A stretch of DNA of 64,000 bases from Deltaproteobacteria bacterium (GTDB lineage: Bacteria; JAGRBM01; JAHCIT01), in assembly GCA_026129095.1 (NCBI GenBank), contig JAHCIT010000003.1:248001-312000 (forward strand), in the 5' to 3' direction. The number at the start of each line of letters is the position of its first letter. Position 1 is the first letter of the stretch. The translations under genes and the position numbers were made by a program. The notes under the pieces were generated by a model, which worked only from the letters and a program-made list of their open reading frames with translations, was not told the DNA's origin and did not search any database. This document shows, in pieces, positions 21,741-31,427 of this stretch.

Positions 21741-21819
21741 GCCCCGCCTGTCGCCTTTCCCTGCGTGGCAGCGTAAACTTGCCGCTGATTACCCGATCCG
21801 GAACGAACGAGGGAACGCC

Positions 21820-22965
21820 ATGGCTCCAGAGGAAAACATCGTCAACCGGAACGTGCTGCTGGTCGACGATGTCGATCTCTTTCTGGAGATCGAAAAGAAG
21901 TTCCTTGAGGGCAAGGGGCTTCTGGTGCACACGGCCCATGACGGTATCGAAGCCATCGAAGCCGCCCGGAAAATACGCCCGGCCCTCATCATCATGGATA
22001 ACTTCATGCCCCGGATGAATGGCGACGCTGCCTGCCGGCAGCTCAAATCCGATGTGGTGACTCGCGAAATCCCGATCCTGATGGTGACCGCCAACAGTTC
22101 GAGCGAGGCGGTCGAGGAATGCTTCAGGGCCGGTGCCGACATGGTGATTACCAAGCCGCTCCGCCGCGACGAGCTGCTGGCATCCATAGACAAGCTGACC
22201 GACCTCAAGCTCAGCCCCGTTTCCATGCTGCCCAAGGACAGGCCAACGGTGCTCGTGATCGAGGACTCGGCCTTCTTTGTGACCCTGCTCAAGGACACCC
22301 TCTCGGCACGCGGCTACGACGTCATGACGGCTTCCAGCAGCAGCGAGGCCGAGGAGCGCCTGGGTGCCTATGGCCGGTTCGTGCATCTTGTCCTGCTCGA
22401 CCTCATCATGCCGAGCCAGAGCGGTCCGGACATCCTCCGGCGAATCCGGGCCGTCCCGGATGCCGAAAAAATCCCGGTGGTGGCACTCACATCGGTCAGT
22501 CCGCTGGATCCGCTGGCCGCCGAAGCCCGCAGCCTGGGCGTGACCGAATTCATCAACAAGGCCATCCCGCCGACTGACCTGCTGTACCGCATAGACGAAC
22601 TGATGTTCGCCGAAAGCTCGGATACCCGGCGGGATCCCCGCTACAGCCTTCACGTTCCGGTCCAGTTCAAGACCGACCGTCACTGGATCATGGGCGAGAC
22701 GGTAAACATCTCGAAAAACGGCCTGTGCATCCGGTCACTCGAACTGCCGGAACCCAACGCGGAAATCGTCCTCAAGTTCAGTCTCCCGGACGTACAGAAC
22801 CCCTGCGAGGAACAGGCCAGCGTGGTCTGGGTGTCCATCCCCGACCCGCAGAAGTCCCAGAAGCTGCTGGTGCTCGACTCCGGTTTTGGCGTCGTGCTGG
22901 AGTTCCGCTCCGAAGAGTTCAAGGAAGGCTTCGAGGCGATCGAGGCCCGCTACCGGCTTGGCTGA
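21820..22965 (+). CDS. REC-REC-PilZ signalling protein
   Basis: Two receiver domains (VDD..MDNFMP..TA..KP; IED..LDLIMP..TS..KA) followed by PilZ motifs RRDPR and NISKNG. Confidence 0.88.
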   Translation: MAPEENIVNRNVLLVDDVDLFLEIEKKFLEGKGLLVHTAHDGIEAIEAARKIRPALIIMDNFMPRMNGDAACRQLKSDVVTREIPILMVTANSSSEAVEECFRAGADMVITKPLRRDELLASIDKLTDLKLSPVSMLPKDRPTVLVIEDSAFFVTLLKDTLSARGYDVMTASSSSEAEERLGAYGRFVHLVLLDLIMPSQSGPDILRRIRAVPDAEKIPVVALTSVSPLDPLAAEARSLGVTEFINKAIPPTDLLYRIDELMFAESSDTRRDPRYSLHVPVQFKTDRHWIMGETVNISKNGLCIRSLELPEPNAEIVLKFSLPDVQNPCEEQASVVWVSIPDPQKSQKLLVLDSGFGVVLEFRSEEFKEGFEAIEARYRLG

Positions 22966-24076
22966 AAAACTCTCCCCATCCCTTCGGGAGGCGCTCGTCC
23001 GCCTGCTCGAATGCCCCACCACCACCACGTTCGAGCGGTATTCCCACGCGGCCGCGCTTTCACTTCTCAAGTCCCGCCGGATTCCCTGCAAGCTGGACCG
23101 TTACGGGAATATCCACGCGGGTGATCTCAAGTCAAAATCACCGCTGATCTTTGTCGCGCACCTGGACCACCCAGGGTTTTCACTTGCCCCGGCACTGGGC
23201 GGTCCGGTGGAAACCCTCACCTGGTGGGGGCGTGTTGACCCGAAGCTGTTCAGCAGGGCCCGCGTCCGGCTCTACCCCTATGACTGCACAAACCCGGCCG
23301 ATGCCAGCAAGCAGGCCATCGAAGGCACCATCCGGTCTATGGTGATGAACCCGCAGGCGATGAAGCCGAAAACCGTAAAGGTCCGGCTGGACGAACCGGC
23401 CGAACGCGGCCGCACCTATGTCGGAAACTGGGCGCTGGCCGAATGCCGTATCGCGGGCAAATGGATCGAAAGCATCCGGATTGATGACCTGGTGGGTTCG
23501 GCCTGCATCATCGAGCTGCTGACCCGCCTGAAAGGCACGGCGCACATCAGGGCCTTTCTCACCCGCGGCGAGGAGAACGGATTTTATGGGGCACTTGCCG
23601 GCGCGAAACTGGTACCAGAACGGTCGCTGCTCGTATCGGTCGAAACGAGTTCGGAACGGCCCGGTGCGGTTCCCGGCGGCGGGCCGATCGTGAGACTTGG
23701 CGACGCCACCTGCGTCTTCGACCCGATGGCCACGCGGCTGCTTACCGAAACCGCCCTCGCCCTCCAGAAGGAAAATCCCCGGTTCCGGTTCCAGAAGCGC
23801 GTCATGGATGGCGGCACCTGCGAAGCGACGGCCTTCCTTGCCTTGGGCCTCCGCGCCACGGGTCTCGCCGTCTCGCTGGTGAACTACCACAACCAGGGCA
23901 AGGGAAAACTGGAATCTGAACGTGTCACAGCCAGCGACACCGAGGGACTCCTCCGTCTCATGGAATCCTTTGCCCGGCGCTACCGGCCCGGCCGCATCGA
24001 AAACGACCTGTCGCGGCGGCTCCAGAAGCGCGTCACGGAAGTGGCCAGAATCCTCGAAGCCAGGCCTTTGGCCTGA
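22958..24076 (+). CDS. M42/M20-type metallopeptidase or hydrolase
   Basis: AHLDH, DDLVG, GEENG, GGTCEA, NYHN metal-ligand motifs. Likely TTG start at 22958 overlapping the upstream stop. Confidence 0.8.
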   Translation: MAEKLSPSLREALVRLLECPTTTTFERYSHAAALSLLKSRRIPCKLDRYGNIHAGDLKSKSPLIFVAHLDHPGFSLAPALGGPVETLTWWGRVDPKLFSRARVRLYPYDCTNPADASKQAIEGTIRSMVMNPQAMKPKTVKVRLDEPAERGRTYVGNWALAECRIAGKWIESIRIDDLVGSACIIELLTRLKGTAHIRAFLTRGEENGFYGALAGAKLVPERSLLVSVETSSERPGAVPGGGPIVRLGDATCVFDPMATRLLTETALALQKENPRFRFQKRVMDGGTCEATAFLALGLRATGLAVSLVNYHNQGKGKLESERVTASDTEGLLRLMESFARRYRPGRIENDLSRRLQKRVTEVARILEARPLA

Positions 24077-24080
24077 CGGA

Positions 24081-25352
24081 TCATTCGCCCACGCTCCGCC
24101 AGTAAAGCTCCACTGGATGCGCGGTCCCCACGGCGGCCGGTGCGATCTGGACACGGCATCCGGCGCAGGCAGTGGCAGCGAGCGATACGCCTGATTTCTG
24201 GATCTCCGTCACCACCTGTGCCGCCGACTTCTGGGCGTGCTCGAAATTCTCCACGGCGGCGCCCCATCCTCCGCCCAAACCGCAACAGCCAGCATCAATT
24301 CGCCTGATATCCAGCCCCGGAATGGTTTTCAGCAGGTTGTAACCGGATTCGCCGGTTCCGAGCGCACGGGCCGTGCAGGCTGAATGCCAGGCGACCGTCT
24401 CGTGGACCTCGTTCCTGGGCGGAGGCAACAGCCCGCGGCGCTGGCAATCCCACATAAATGCAGTGAGCTCCCGGACCCGCGCCGCTATCGGCAGGAGTTC
24501 GCTGTCGGCGCCGGAATCAAGCAGCTTGCCGGAGCTGCTCTGGAAAAAGTGCACCAGTTCCGTGTTCGACGCCACCGGCTCAAAACCGCCATCCAGCAAA
24601 ACCTGTACCTGCCGGAGCGCACGCCTGATATTCCGTACGGCTTCATCCTTCAGGCCAGAGGCAAAGGCTCTCTCGCCCACGTCATCCAGAACGACCACTT
24701 TCACTTCGAAGCCGGACTTTTCCAGCAGTTCCACCGCTGCCTGCCCTTCTGCCGGGTAGTGGCCGTTCACCGTCTCGCTGACGATGAGCAGTACCTTCCC
24801 GCGAGACAATTCCCCGGTTGCGGCCTTCAGTCGTTTCCTGAACCAGCCGGAAAATGTCTGTGTGCTGAACGGTGCAATCCGCTGCCGCCGGTCGATGCCG
24901 GTCAGCTTCTCCATGAGCCACCGGAACAGCCGGCTTCCAAGGAGCCAGTTCGCAACTGGCGCAAGGATGCTGCCAAGTTTCCGCCATGCGGATGCTCCGG
25001 CAAGTGTCCGCAGGCCACCCGCCTTCCGGCCGCCATGAGCCGCTTCCATTCGATGCTGGAATGCGATGGCAGGAAAGTCGAAACCGATCGGGCAGTTCCT
25101 GACGCAAAGACCGCACTGGAAGCACTTGTCCAGCAGCACTTCGCGCCGGTTTCCGATCAAACCGGCGTCGCCAAGCGTGTCGCGGCCTTCGATCAGGCCG
25201 AACAGGTCCACGAACATCGGACACGCGTCACGGCAAATGGCGCACCCAGTGCAGGTTTCAAACATTTCGACCGCATCACCTGGCCGCTTGCCGAAATCCG
25301 GATCATCGGCGAACGCCGGACTGCTGCCAGTGGGGTCTGCTGCTGCCGTCAT
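24081..25352 (-). CDS. GlpC/HdrD-like Fe-S oxidoreductase (2x[4Fe-4S] plus CCG domains)
   Basis: CTGCAICRDAC, CFQCGLCVRNC; C-terminal HSAC...GCCG...TACAGC. Confidence 0.85.
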   Translation of the reverse strand: MTAAADPTGSSPAFADDPDFGKRPGDAVEMFETCTGCAICRDACPMFVDLFGLIEGRDTLGDAGLIGNRREVLLDKCFQCGLCVRNCPIGFDFPAIAFQHRMEAAHGGRKAGGLRTLAGASAWRKLGSILAPVANWLLGSRLFRWLMEKLTGIDRRQRIAPFSTQTFSGWFRKRLKAATGELSRGKVLLIVSETVNGHYPAEGQAAVELLEKSGFEVKVVVLDDVGERAFASGLKDEAVRNIRRALRQVQVLLDGGFEPVASNTELVHFFQSSSGKLLDSGADSELLPIAARVRELTAFMWDCQRRGLLPPPRNEVHETVAWHSACTARALGTGESGYNLLKTIPGLDIRRIDAGCCGLGGGWGAAVENFEHAQKSAAQVVTEIQKSGVSLAATACAGCRVQIAPAAVGTAHPVELYWRSVGE

Positions 25353-25413
25353 CTGAAAGGAAATCCTACTCCATCAGGAGCCGGGCGGCACGGGATCAGC
25401 TACATATCCCGGC

Positions 25414-26856
25414 ATGCCCCTGGGTTCCGCCGATTTCGCCATTGTGGCCGTGTACCTGGCAGCCATGATCGCCGCCGGGTGGTATTTTTCGGGCCGCACG
25501 CGGCATTTCAAGGACTATTTCCTTGCCGGCGGGGCACTGACGACACCGCTGCTCGTCTGCACACTGGTCAGTACCTACTACGAACTGGACGTTACCTTCG
25601 CAACCAGCGAGCGCGCCTACTACAACGGAATGGCCGCCTGGTTCTGGCTCTCCCGGCCGTACTACGTGGCGATCCTGCTGGCAGCCGTGCTGGTGGCCAA
25701 GCGGCTCCGGGGGCACGGTTACTACACCCTCCCCGATGTTGTCGGCGCCCGCTACGGTGACGGAGCGCGGGTCACCGTCGCTACCGCCTGCTTCGTATAC
25801 TCGCTCCCTATCACCGCACTGGCTGGCATGGGCGCACTGTTTGAGACACTGGGCTTGCCACGCGATATCGGGCTTTTCCTCGGCGCCTCGGTCTGTGCCG
25901 TTTACACCCTCATGGGCGGCCTGTGGGCGGACGTCATTACCGACACTGTCCAGTTCGTCCTCATGTGCCTGGCGGTCGCCATCCTGATTCCCTATGCCCT
26001 TGAGTGGAGCGGGGGTTTCGGCTTCACGGATCATCTGCCCGGAGCGCATCTCACCGCTTCCGGCGGATTGAGTCCCTGGCTCATTGCGGCCTGGTCGGCC
26101 GGCGCGCTCACGGTATTTGTTGAGCCCGCCTTCTACCAGCGCATCTTCGCAGCGCGGTCGGAGAAGGATGTCACCCGGGCGCTCATCATCGGCATCTTTC
26201 TCTGGGCCGCGTATGACTGGGGCGTGACCCTCGTGGGGATGATCGCCCGCTCGGCGGTCGAGCAGGGGATGCTGGCCGAGGGGCTCCCCGGCCGCACCGC
26301 GCTGCTCACCCTTGCCATGACGCTGCTGCCGGTCGGTCTCAAGGGACTATTTATCGGTGGCGTGCTGGCGGCCGCCATGTCGAGCGTCGATTCCTATTCG
26401 CTTCTGGCGAGCGGGAACCTCGTTTATGACATCTGGCGGCCGCTTGTCCGGCCGCAAATGACAGACCAGCAACTCGTCCGGGCGACGCGAATCGGCGTCT
26501 TTGCGGTCACTCTGGGGGGCCTGGCCCTCTCGTTCGCTTTCGACCGGATATCAGATGCCTGGATATTCATGTCCAGTGTGCTGGCCTCGGTGGCCTTTGT
26601 CCCGGTGCTGGGGGCTGTTTTCCTGAAACCGGCCAGGCAGGCAGGACTCGCCTCATCACTGGCAGGCCTTCTGTCTCTGGCGGGCTTTTACATCTGCATA
26701 TACGGATTCGGAACCTACAATGCCGATGAAGAGTCCTGGGCATGGCAGGTAGGCGGCGCCGAAATCTGGCGTGAATACGGGGTGTTGGTGGCCCTGCCCA
26801 TCTCGGCCGCGGCCTTCGCCGTGGCTAACATGCTGTCGCGGGAGCCCCGGTCATGA
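25414..26856 (+). CDS. Sodium:solute symporter (SSS family)
   Basis: DYFLAG, YTLPD.VGARYG, YTLMGGLWADVITDTVQF, YQRIFAA, LAAAMSSVDS; many hydrophobic TM segments. Confidence 0.92.
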   Translation: MPLGSADFAIVAVYLAAMIAAGWYFSGRTRHFKDYFLAGGALTTPLLVCTLVSTYYELDVTFATSERAYYNGMAAWFWLSRPYYVAILLAAVLVAKRLRGHGYYTLPDVVGARYGDGARVTVATACFVYSLPITALAGMGALFETLGLPRDIGLFLGASVCAVYTLMGGLWADVITDTVQFVLMCLAVAILIPYALEWSGGFGFTDHLPGAHLTASGGLSPWLIAAWSAGALTVFVEPAFYQRIFAARSEKDVTRALIIGIFLWAAYDWGVTLVGMIARSAVEQGMLAEGLPGRTALLTLAMTLLPVGLKGLFIGGVLAAAMSSVDSYSLLASGNLVYDIWRPLVRPQMTDQQLVRATRIGVFAVTLGGLALSFAFDRISDAWIFMSSVLASVAFVPVLGAVFLKPARQAGLASSLAGLLSLAGFYICIYGFGTYNADEESWAWQVGGAEIWREYGVLVALPISAAAFAVANMLSREPRS

Positions 26857-27087
26857 TGGAGTTCGGCACCTGGCTGTCCGTACTGATCCTCGGCCCCGGC
26901 GCCGCCGGGATTTTCATCTGGTTTCTGGCCGATTTGCGGAAAATCCAGAGGGGTTCCGGCGAGGATTAACCAGCCAGATTTCCCGGCTGATTTCAAAACC
27001 TTGGCTAGCTTGTTGGCAGCCGCCAATTCATCGGCTAAAGACCGGCCGCCGGGGCTCTTTCCGGGGAGGAACCGTCTCACCGTGGAC

Positions 27088-27501
27088 ATGTACTACCAGT
27101 TTGGCCACGTACTGGTTTTTATCGCGCTGGGAGCGGGTTTCATCGCTATCGCGCTCACCGCGAGCCACCTGGTCGCCCCATCGAAACAGTCGGTCATCAA
27201 GCAAACTTCTTATGAATGCGGCGAACTTCCCATCGGGAACTCCTGGGCCCAGTTCAACGTCCGCTTCTATACTATCGCCATCGACTTCCTGATTTTCGAC
27301 GTGGAAGTAACCCTGCTCTATCCCACCGCCGCCGTATTCCGGAGCTGGGTCGAAAAGGGCTACGGACCGGCCCTTTTTGTATGGGTCGGAACATTCGTGG
27401 TCATTCTGGCCATCGGCCTCTTTTACGTGTGGGGCAAGGGCGACCTGAAGTGGGTGAAAGAGCTGGGCAGCACGGTGCCAAAACCGGGAACAAACCCTTA
27501 G
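27088..27501 (+). CDS. nuoA: Complex I subunit A (operon 1)
   Basis: YECGE, FYTIAIDFLIFDVE, WGKGDLKW. Alternative GTG start at 27082. Confidence 0.93.
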   Translation: MYYQFGHVLVFIALGAGFIAIALTASHLVAPSKQSVIKQTSYECGELPIGNSWAQFNVRFYTIAIDFLIFDVEVTLLYPTAAVFRSWVEKGYGPALFVWVGTFVVILAIGLFYVWGKGDLKWVKELGSTVPKPGTNP

Positions 27502-27576
27502 AATTACTGTAATTTCCGCCTTCCGGCGGTTCCGGACAAGGGTTTCAGGCAGGATTTCAGGAGCAACCAGAGCGCC

Positions 27577-28107
27577 ATGACTGACACGAAAACCACAGTC
27601 GCCGTCCCCCAGACAATCGATACCAGCTACTACAGCCCCAAGGACGGCGGCATCATCACCGCCAATACCGACGACTTTCTCAACTGGGTCCGTGCGAACA
27701 GCATGTGGTACATGCTGTTCGGACTTGCCTGCTGCGCCATCGAACTGATGCAGACGGGCGGACCCCGCGCCGATCTCGACCGCTTCGGTGCCGTCTTCCG
27801 CGCCTCGCCGCGCCAGTCGGATCTCATCATCGTGGCCGGGACACTGACCTACAAGATGGCCAGCCGCGTGAAGATTCTCTACGACCAGATGCCCGAGCCG
27901 AAATACGTCATCTCGATGGGTTCCTGCTCCAACTGCGGTGGCCTGTTCGAACAGGGCTATTCGGTATGCAAGGGCGTGGACAAGATCATCCCGGTGGATG
28001 TCTACGTGCCCGGCTGCCCGCCGCGGCCCGAGGCACTCACCGAAGGAGTCATGAAGCTGCAGGAGATCGTCAAGCGTGAACGGTTCCTGCGCCGCAAGAC
28101 CGCCTGA
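27577..28107 (+). CDS. nuoB: Complex I subunit B (operon 1)
   Basis: [42 protein letters not shown]. Confidence 0.96.
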   Translation: MTDTKTTVAVPQTIDTSYYSPKDGGIITANTDDFLNWVRANSMWYMLFGLACCAIELMQTGGPRADLDRFGAVFRASPRQSDLIIVAGTLTYKMASRVKILYDQMPEPKYVISMGSCSNCGGLFEQGYSVCKGVDKIIPVDVYVPGCPPRPEALTEGVMKLQEIVKRERFLRRKTA

Positions 28108-28152
28108 TCTTTAGCATTAGCGAGCCCAACGAAAGGCCGGACAACCCCGCTC

Positions 28153-28773
28153 ATGGACAAGAAGTCGCTGCTCGAAATGGTGTCAGCAAGGTTTGGCGAC
28201 CGCATCGAGTGCGGTCCCGAAGCCAACCCGACGCCTTTCATTATCGTCAGGAACCCGCAGAAGGACCTGCTGGATATCGTCAAGACGCTGCGGGACGATT
28301 CCGGGTTCAGCTTCAAGTATCTGGCGACCGTCGCCGCCACCGATCACCCGCCCGTATCCGAGAAAAAGGGCGAACCGCCGCCCCCCGGTCCCGGACACCA
28401 GTTCTCGACGGCCGTGCTGAAGAGCTACGAACACGGCACGACGCTGATGGTGAAGGCAAAGCTCGATCGCAACAACCCGCATGTGCCATCGCTGGCGGGC
28501 CTCTACGGCGCCGCCATCTGGCATGAACGCGAGCAGTACGATCTTCTCGGCGTGATCTACGACGGGCACCCGGACCTGCGCCGGATCATGCTCCCGGACG
28601 ACTGGACCGGACACCCGCTCCGCAAGGACTGGACCGAGCAGGACAACTACCGCGGCATCCAGACGACCCGCGAATCGATGCACGACATCTTTGCCCGCCG
28701 CGTAAAGGAGACCGAGGGTTACGACTTCCGCCGTGGCGGCAGCGCCGCCGGCGAGGAGACAGCCGAATCATGA
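28153..28773 (+). CDS. nuoC: Complex I subunit C (operon 1)
   Basis: AIWHEREQYDLLG..YDGHPDLRRI.LPDDWTGHPLRKD. Confidence 0.95.
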   Translation: MDKKSLLEMVSARFGDRIECGPEANPTPFIIVRNPQKDLLDIVKTLRDDSGFSFKYLATVAATDHPPVSEKKGEPPPPGPGHQFSTAVLKSYEHGTTLMVKAKLDRNNPHVPSLAGLYGAAIWHEREQYDLLGVIYDGHPDLRRIMLPDDWTGHPLRKDWTEQDNYRGIQTTRESMHDIFARRVKETEGYDFRRGGSAAGEETAES

Positions 28774-29906
28774 GCAGCCTCGTTACCCAGCTCAAATCCG
28801 ACGAAATGCTCCTCAACATGGGGCCCCAGCACCCGTCTACCCACGGCGTGCTGCGCTTCATTCTCAAGACCGACGGCGAGATCGTGACGGCCTGCGAACC
28901 CGACGTGGGATTTCTGCACCGCTCGATCGAGAAGATCTGCGAAAAGTGCGACTACCCCGGTTTCATGCCGTATACCGACCGGGTGGACTACCTGGCCGCA
29001 ATGAACGCCAACCACGCCTATGCCCTGGCGGTCGAACGGCTTGCGGGGATCGAGGTGCCGCGCCGGGCACAGGTCATCCGCGTCATCACCGACGAACTGA
29101 ACCGCATCATCTGCCACGGCGCCATCGGCGTCGGCGCCCTTGGCATGGACCTCGGCGCCGCGACGCCGTTCCTCCACGCCATGCGCGAGCGGGAGACGGT
29201 GAACGACATCATCGAGGAACTGTGCGGCGCCCGGCTAACCTACAATTACGTCCGCATCGGCGGCGTCTGGTTCGATCTGCCCGACGGCTTTGTCGAAAAG
29301 GTCACGGCCTTCCTCAACCACTTCGAACTGGCATGGGAAGAGATCAACCGACTGCTTACCGATTCGGTAATCTTCCGCACCCGCCTGATGAACGTCGGCA
29401 CGATCACCGCCGGGGATGCCGTGAGCTATGGCCTCGTGGGACCGGTCCTGCGGGCGACCGGTATCAAGCGCGACGTCCGCCGGGACCAGCCCTACGCGAT
29501 CTACCCGGAACTGGAGTTCGACATTCCGGTGGGAACCGGCACGTTCGGAACGCTCGGCGACTGCTTTGACCGCCATCTGGTCCGCGTCGAGGAAGTGCGC
29601 CAGTCGGTCAAGATCGTCCGGCAGTGCCTGAAACTGCTGGAACCGGGACCGGTGATCGCCAAGGTGCCCAAAAACATCAAGCCGCCGGCCTGGGCCGATG
29701 TCTATTCGGCCGTCGAGGCGCCTCGCGGCGAGATGGGCTTCTATCTCATGTCCAACGGCACGGGAAAAGCCCACCGGTGCAAGATCCGCACGGGATCATT
29801 CGCGGCCATGAGCATCATCAGCAGGATGGCGCCGGGCATGATGATCGCAGACCTTGTGGCATTCATCGCGTCGCTGGACGTGGTGGCGCCCGAGATCGAC
29901 CGGTAA
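28770..29906 (+). CDS. nuoD: Complex I subunit D (operon 1; short 378-aa form)
   Basis: LNMGPQHPSTHGVLR, GFLHRSIEK, YTDRVDY, EAPRGE, EIDR; no Ni-binding CxxC motifs. Confidence 0.95.
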   Translation: MSSLVTQLKSDEMLLNMGPQHPSTHGVLRFILKTDGEIVTACEPDVGFLHRSIEKICEKCDYPGFMPYTDRVDYLAAMNANHAYALAVERLAGIEVPRRAQVIRVITDELNRIICHGAIGVGALGMDLGAATPFLHAMRERETVNDIIEELCGARLTYNYVRIGGVWFDLPDGFVEKVTAFLNHFELAWEEINRLLTDSVIFRTRLMNVGTITAGDAVSYGLVGPVLRATGIKRDVRRDQPYAIYPELEFDIPVGTGTFGTLGDCFDRHLVRVEEVRQSVKIVRQCLKLLEPGPVIAKVPKNIKPPAWADVYSAVEAPRGEMGFYLMSNGTGKAHRCKIRTGSFAAMSIISRMAPGMMIADLVAFIASLDVVAPEIDR

Positions 29907-29936
29907 GCAGATTCAGAGGGAACGCAGGGACAAGAC

Positions 29937-31403
29937 ATGTTGCAGCAGATCGCAGACAAGTGGATAGCCGGGGAAGGACTTCTCGGCGGCGTATTCCAGG
30001 GAGCGAGCCCCTACCTCGTCTATTCCGTCACGATGCTGATTGGCGCCATCCTGGCGCTCGTTATCGCGGCACATCTGGCAGGCATCTATTCGTGGGCCGA
30101 GCGGCGCATCGCCGGGCGCATCCAGTCCCGCATCGGCCCCAACCGGGTCGGACCGCAGGGATTTCTCCAGTGGGCCGTGGACGGGCTCAAGACCTTCCAG
30201 AAGGAAGACCTGATTCCGCAGGACGCCGACTCCGTGATTTTCCGGATCGCGCCCTACCTATCGTTCTGCGGCATGTTCCTCGTATTCGTCGTACTCCCCT
30301 TCTCCAACACGCTGGTCGTGGCGGACCTCAATATCGGAATCGTCTACATCCTCGCCGTCAGTTCCATCGAAGTGCTGGGCGTGATGCTCGCCGGCTACGG
30401 ATCGAACTCCAAGTGGGCGTTTTATGGTGGCATGCGCTCGGCCGCCCAGCTCGTTTCCTACGAGATCCCGGTGGGGCTCGCCCTTCTGTCCATGGTTCTC
30501 CTGTCCGGATCGCTCAACCTGAACCAGATCGTGCTCTCACAGTCGCACGAGGGGTTCTTCCGGTCGATACTCGCGTGGAACTTCTTCGCGACGCCATTCG
30601 CGTTCATCGCCTTCTTCGCCTATTTCACGGCGGCCATTGCGGAGATCAACCGCGCTCCGTTCGACCTGCCCGAGGCCGAGAGCGAACTCGTCGCCGGTTT
30701 CTGCACCGAGTATTCCGGCATGCGGTTCCTGTTCTTCTTCTTTGCCGAGTGGGCCAACATCTTCGTGATCAGCATGATCGCCGTCGTCGTGTTCTTCGGC
30801 GGCTGGACGGTGCCCGGCGTGCATACCGCCGCCCAGTGGGAAGCGATCACGCCCTACATCATTTACGGGGCCCTCATCCTGACCGTGATAGGGGCCACCT
30901 GGGTCGGCTACCGGATGGGTGTCCGTGCCGACGAGCCCACACGGCTTACCAAGCCCACCGGCGATCTCGGGACGACGATCCTGGCCGTTGTGCTGGGCTG
31001 GGGGCCGGCCTTCACCGCCCTGGCCGTCCTGTCGCTGTTCATCGCCTTCGGGCTGCCGTCGGCCGCACCTGCGGTCATCAAGAACGCCGCCCAGTTCGGC
31101 GTCATCTTCATCAAGGCGCACATTCTCGTATTTCTGGTGATCCAGCTCCGCTGGACCGTGCCGCGCCTGCGTGTGGACCAGCTCATGATGCTCTGCTGGA
31201 AATACCTCATGCCCGTCACTTTCGTCTGTATCCTGGGCAACATGGCCTGGATTGCCTTTATCGACATGAATGGGACGGCCGCGAACCTGACACGCGTGGT
31301 ACTGTTCGCACTGACGAACCTGCTCATCCTGAAATACATCCTGATGGTGGTGCAGAACCTGCGTCACGCGAAAGCCAATTTCGACTTCAAGCTGGCCGTC
31401 TGA
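29937..31403 (+). CDS. nuoH: Complex I subunit H (operon 1; extended, 488 aa)
   Basis: ERRIAGRIQSRIGPNRVGP, MRSAAQLVSYE, NRAPFDLPEAESEL, RWTVPRLRVDQLM. Confidence 0.95.
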   Translation: MLQQIADKWIAGEGLLGGVFQGASPYLVYSVTMLIGAILALVIAAHLAGIYSWAERRIAGRIQSRIGPNRVGPQGFLQWAVDGLKTFQKEDLIPQDADSVIFRIAPYLSFCGMFLVFVVLPFSNTLVVADLNIGIVYILAVSSIEVLGVMLAGYGSNSKWAFYGGMRSAAQLVSYEIPVGLALLSMVLLSGSLNLNQIVLSQSHEGFFRSILAWNFFATPFAFIAFFAYFTAAIAEINRAPFDLPEAESELVAGFCTEYSGMRFLFFFFAEWANIFVISMIAVVVFFGGWTVPGVHTAAQWEAITPYIIYGALILTVIGATWVGYRMGVRADEPTRLTKPTGDLGTTILAVVLGWGPAFTALAVLSLFIAFGLPSAAPAVIKNAAQFGVIFIKAHILVFLVIQLRWTVPRLRVDQLMMLCWKYLMPVTFVCILGNMAWIAFIDMNGTAANLTRVVLFALTNLLILKYILMVVQNLRHAKANFDFKLAV

Positions 31404-31427
31404 CGGCACGTTTAAGGAACGCACACG

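Noticed and set aside
27577-29906. Operon 1 as a group 4 [NiFe]-hydrogenase or Ehr complex
   Set aside because: NuoD1 lacks both Ni-binding CxxC motifs and keeps the quinone-site HPSTHG and RVDY; NuoB1 has the complex I tandem CC; nuoA is present.
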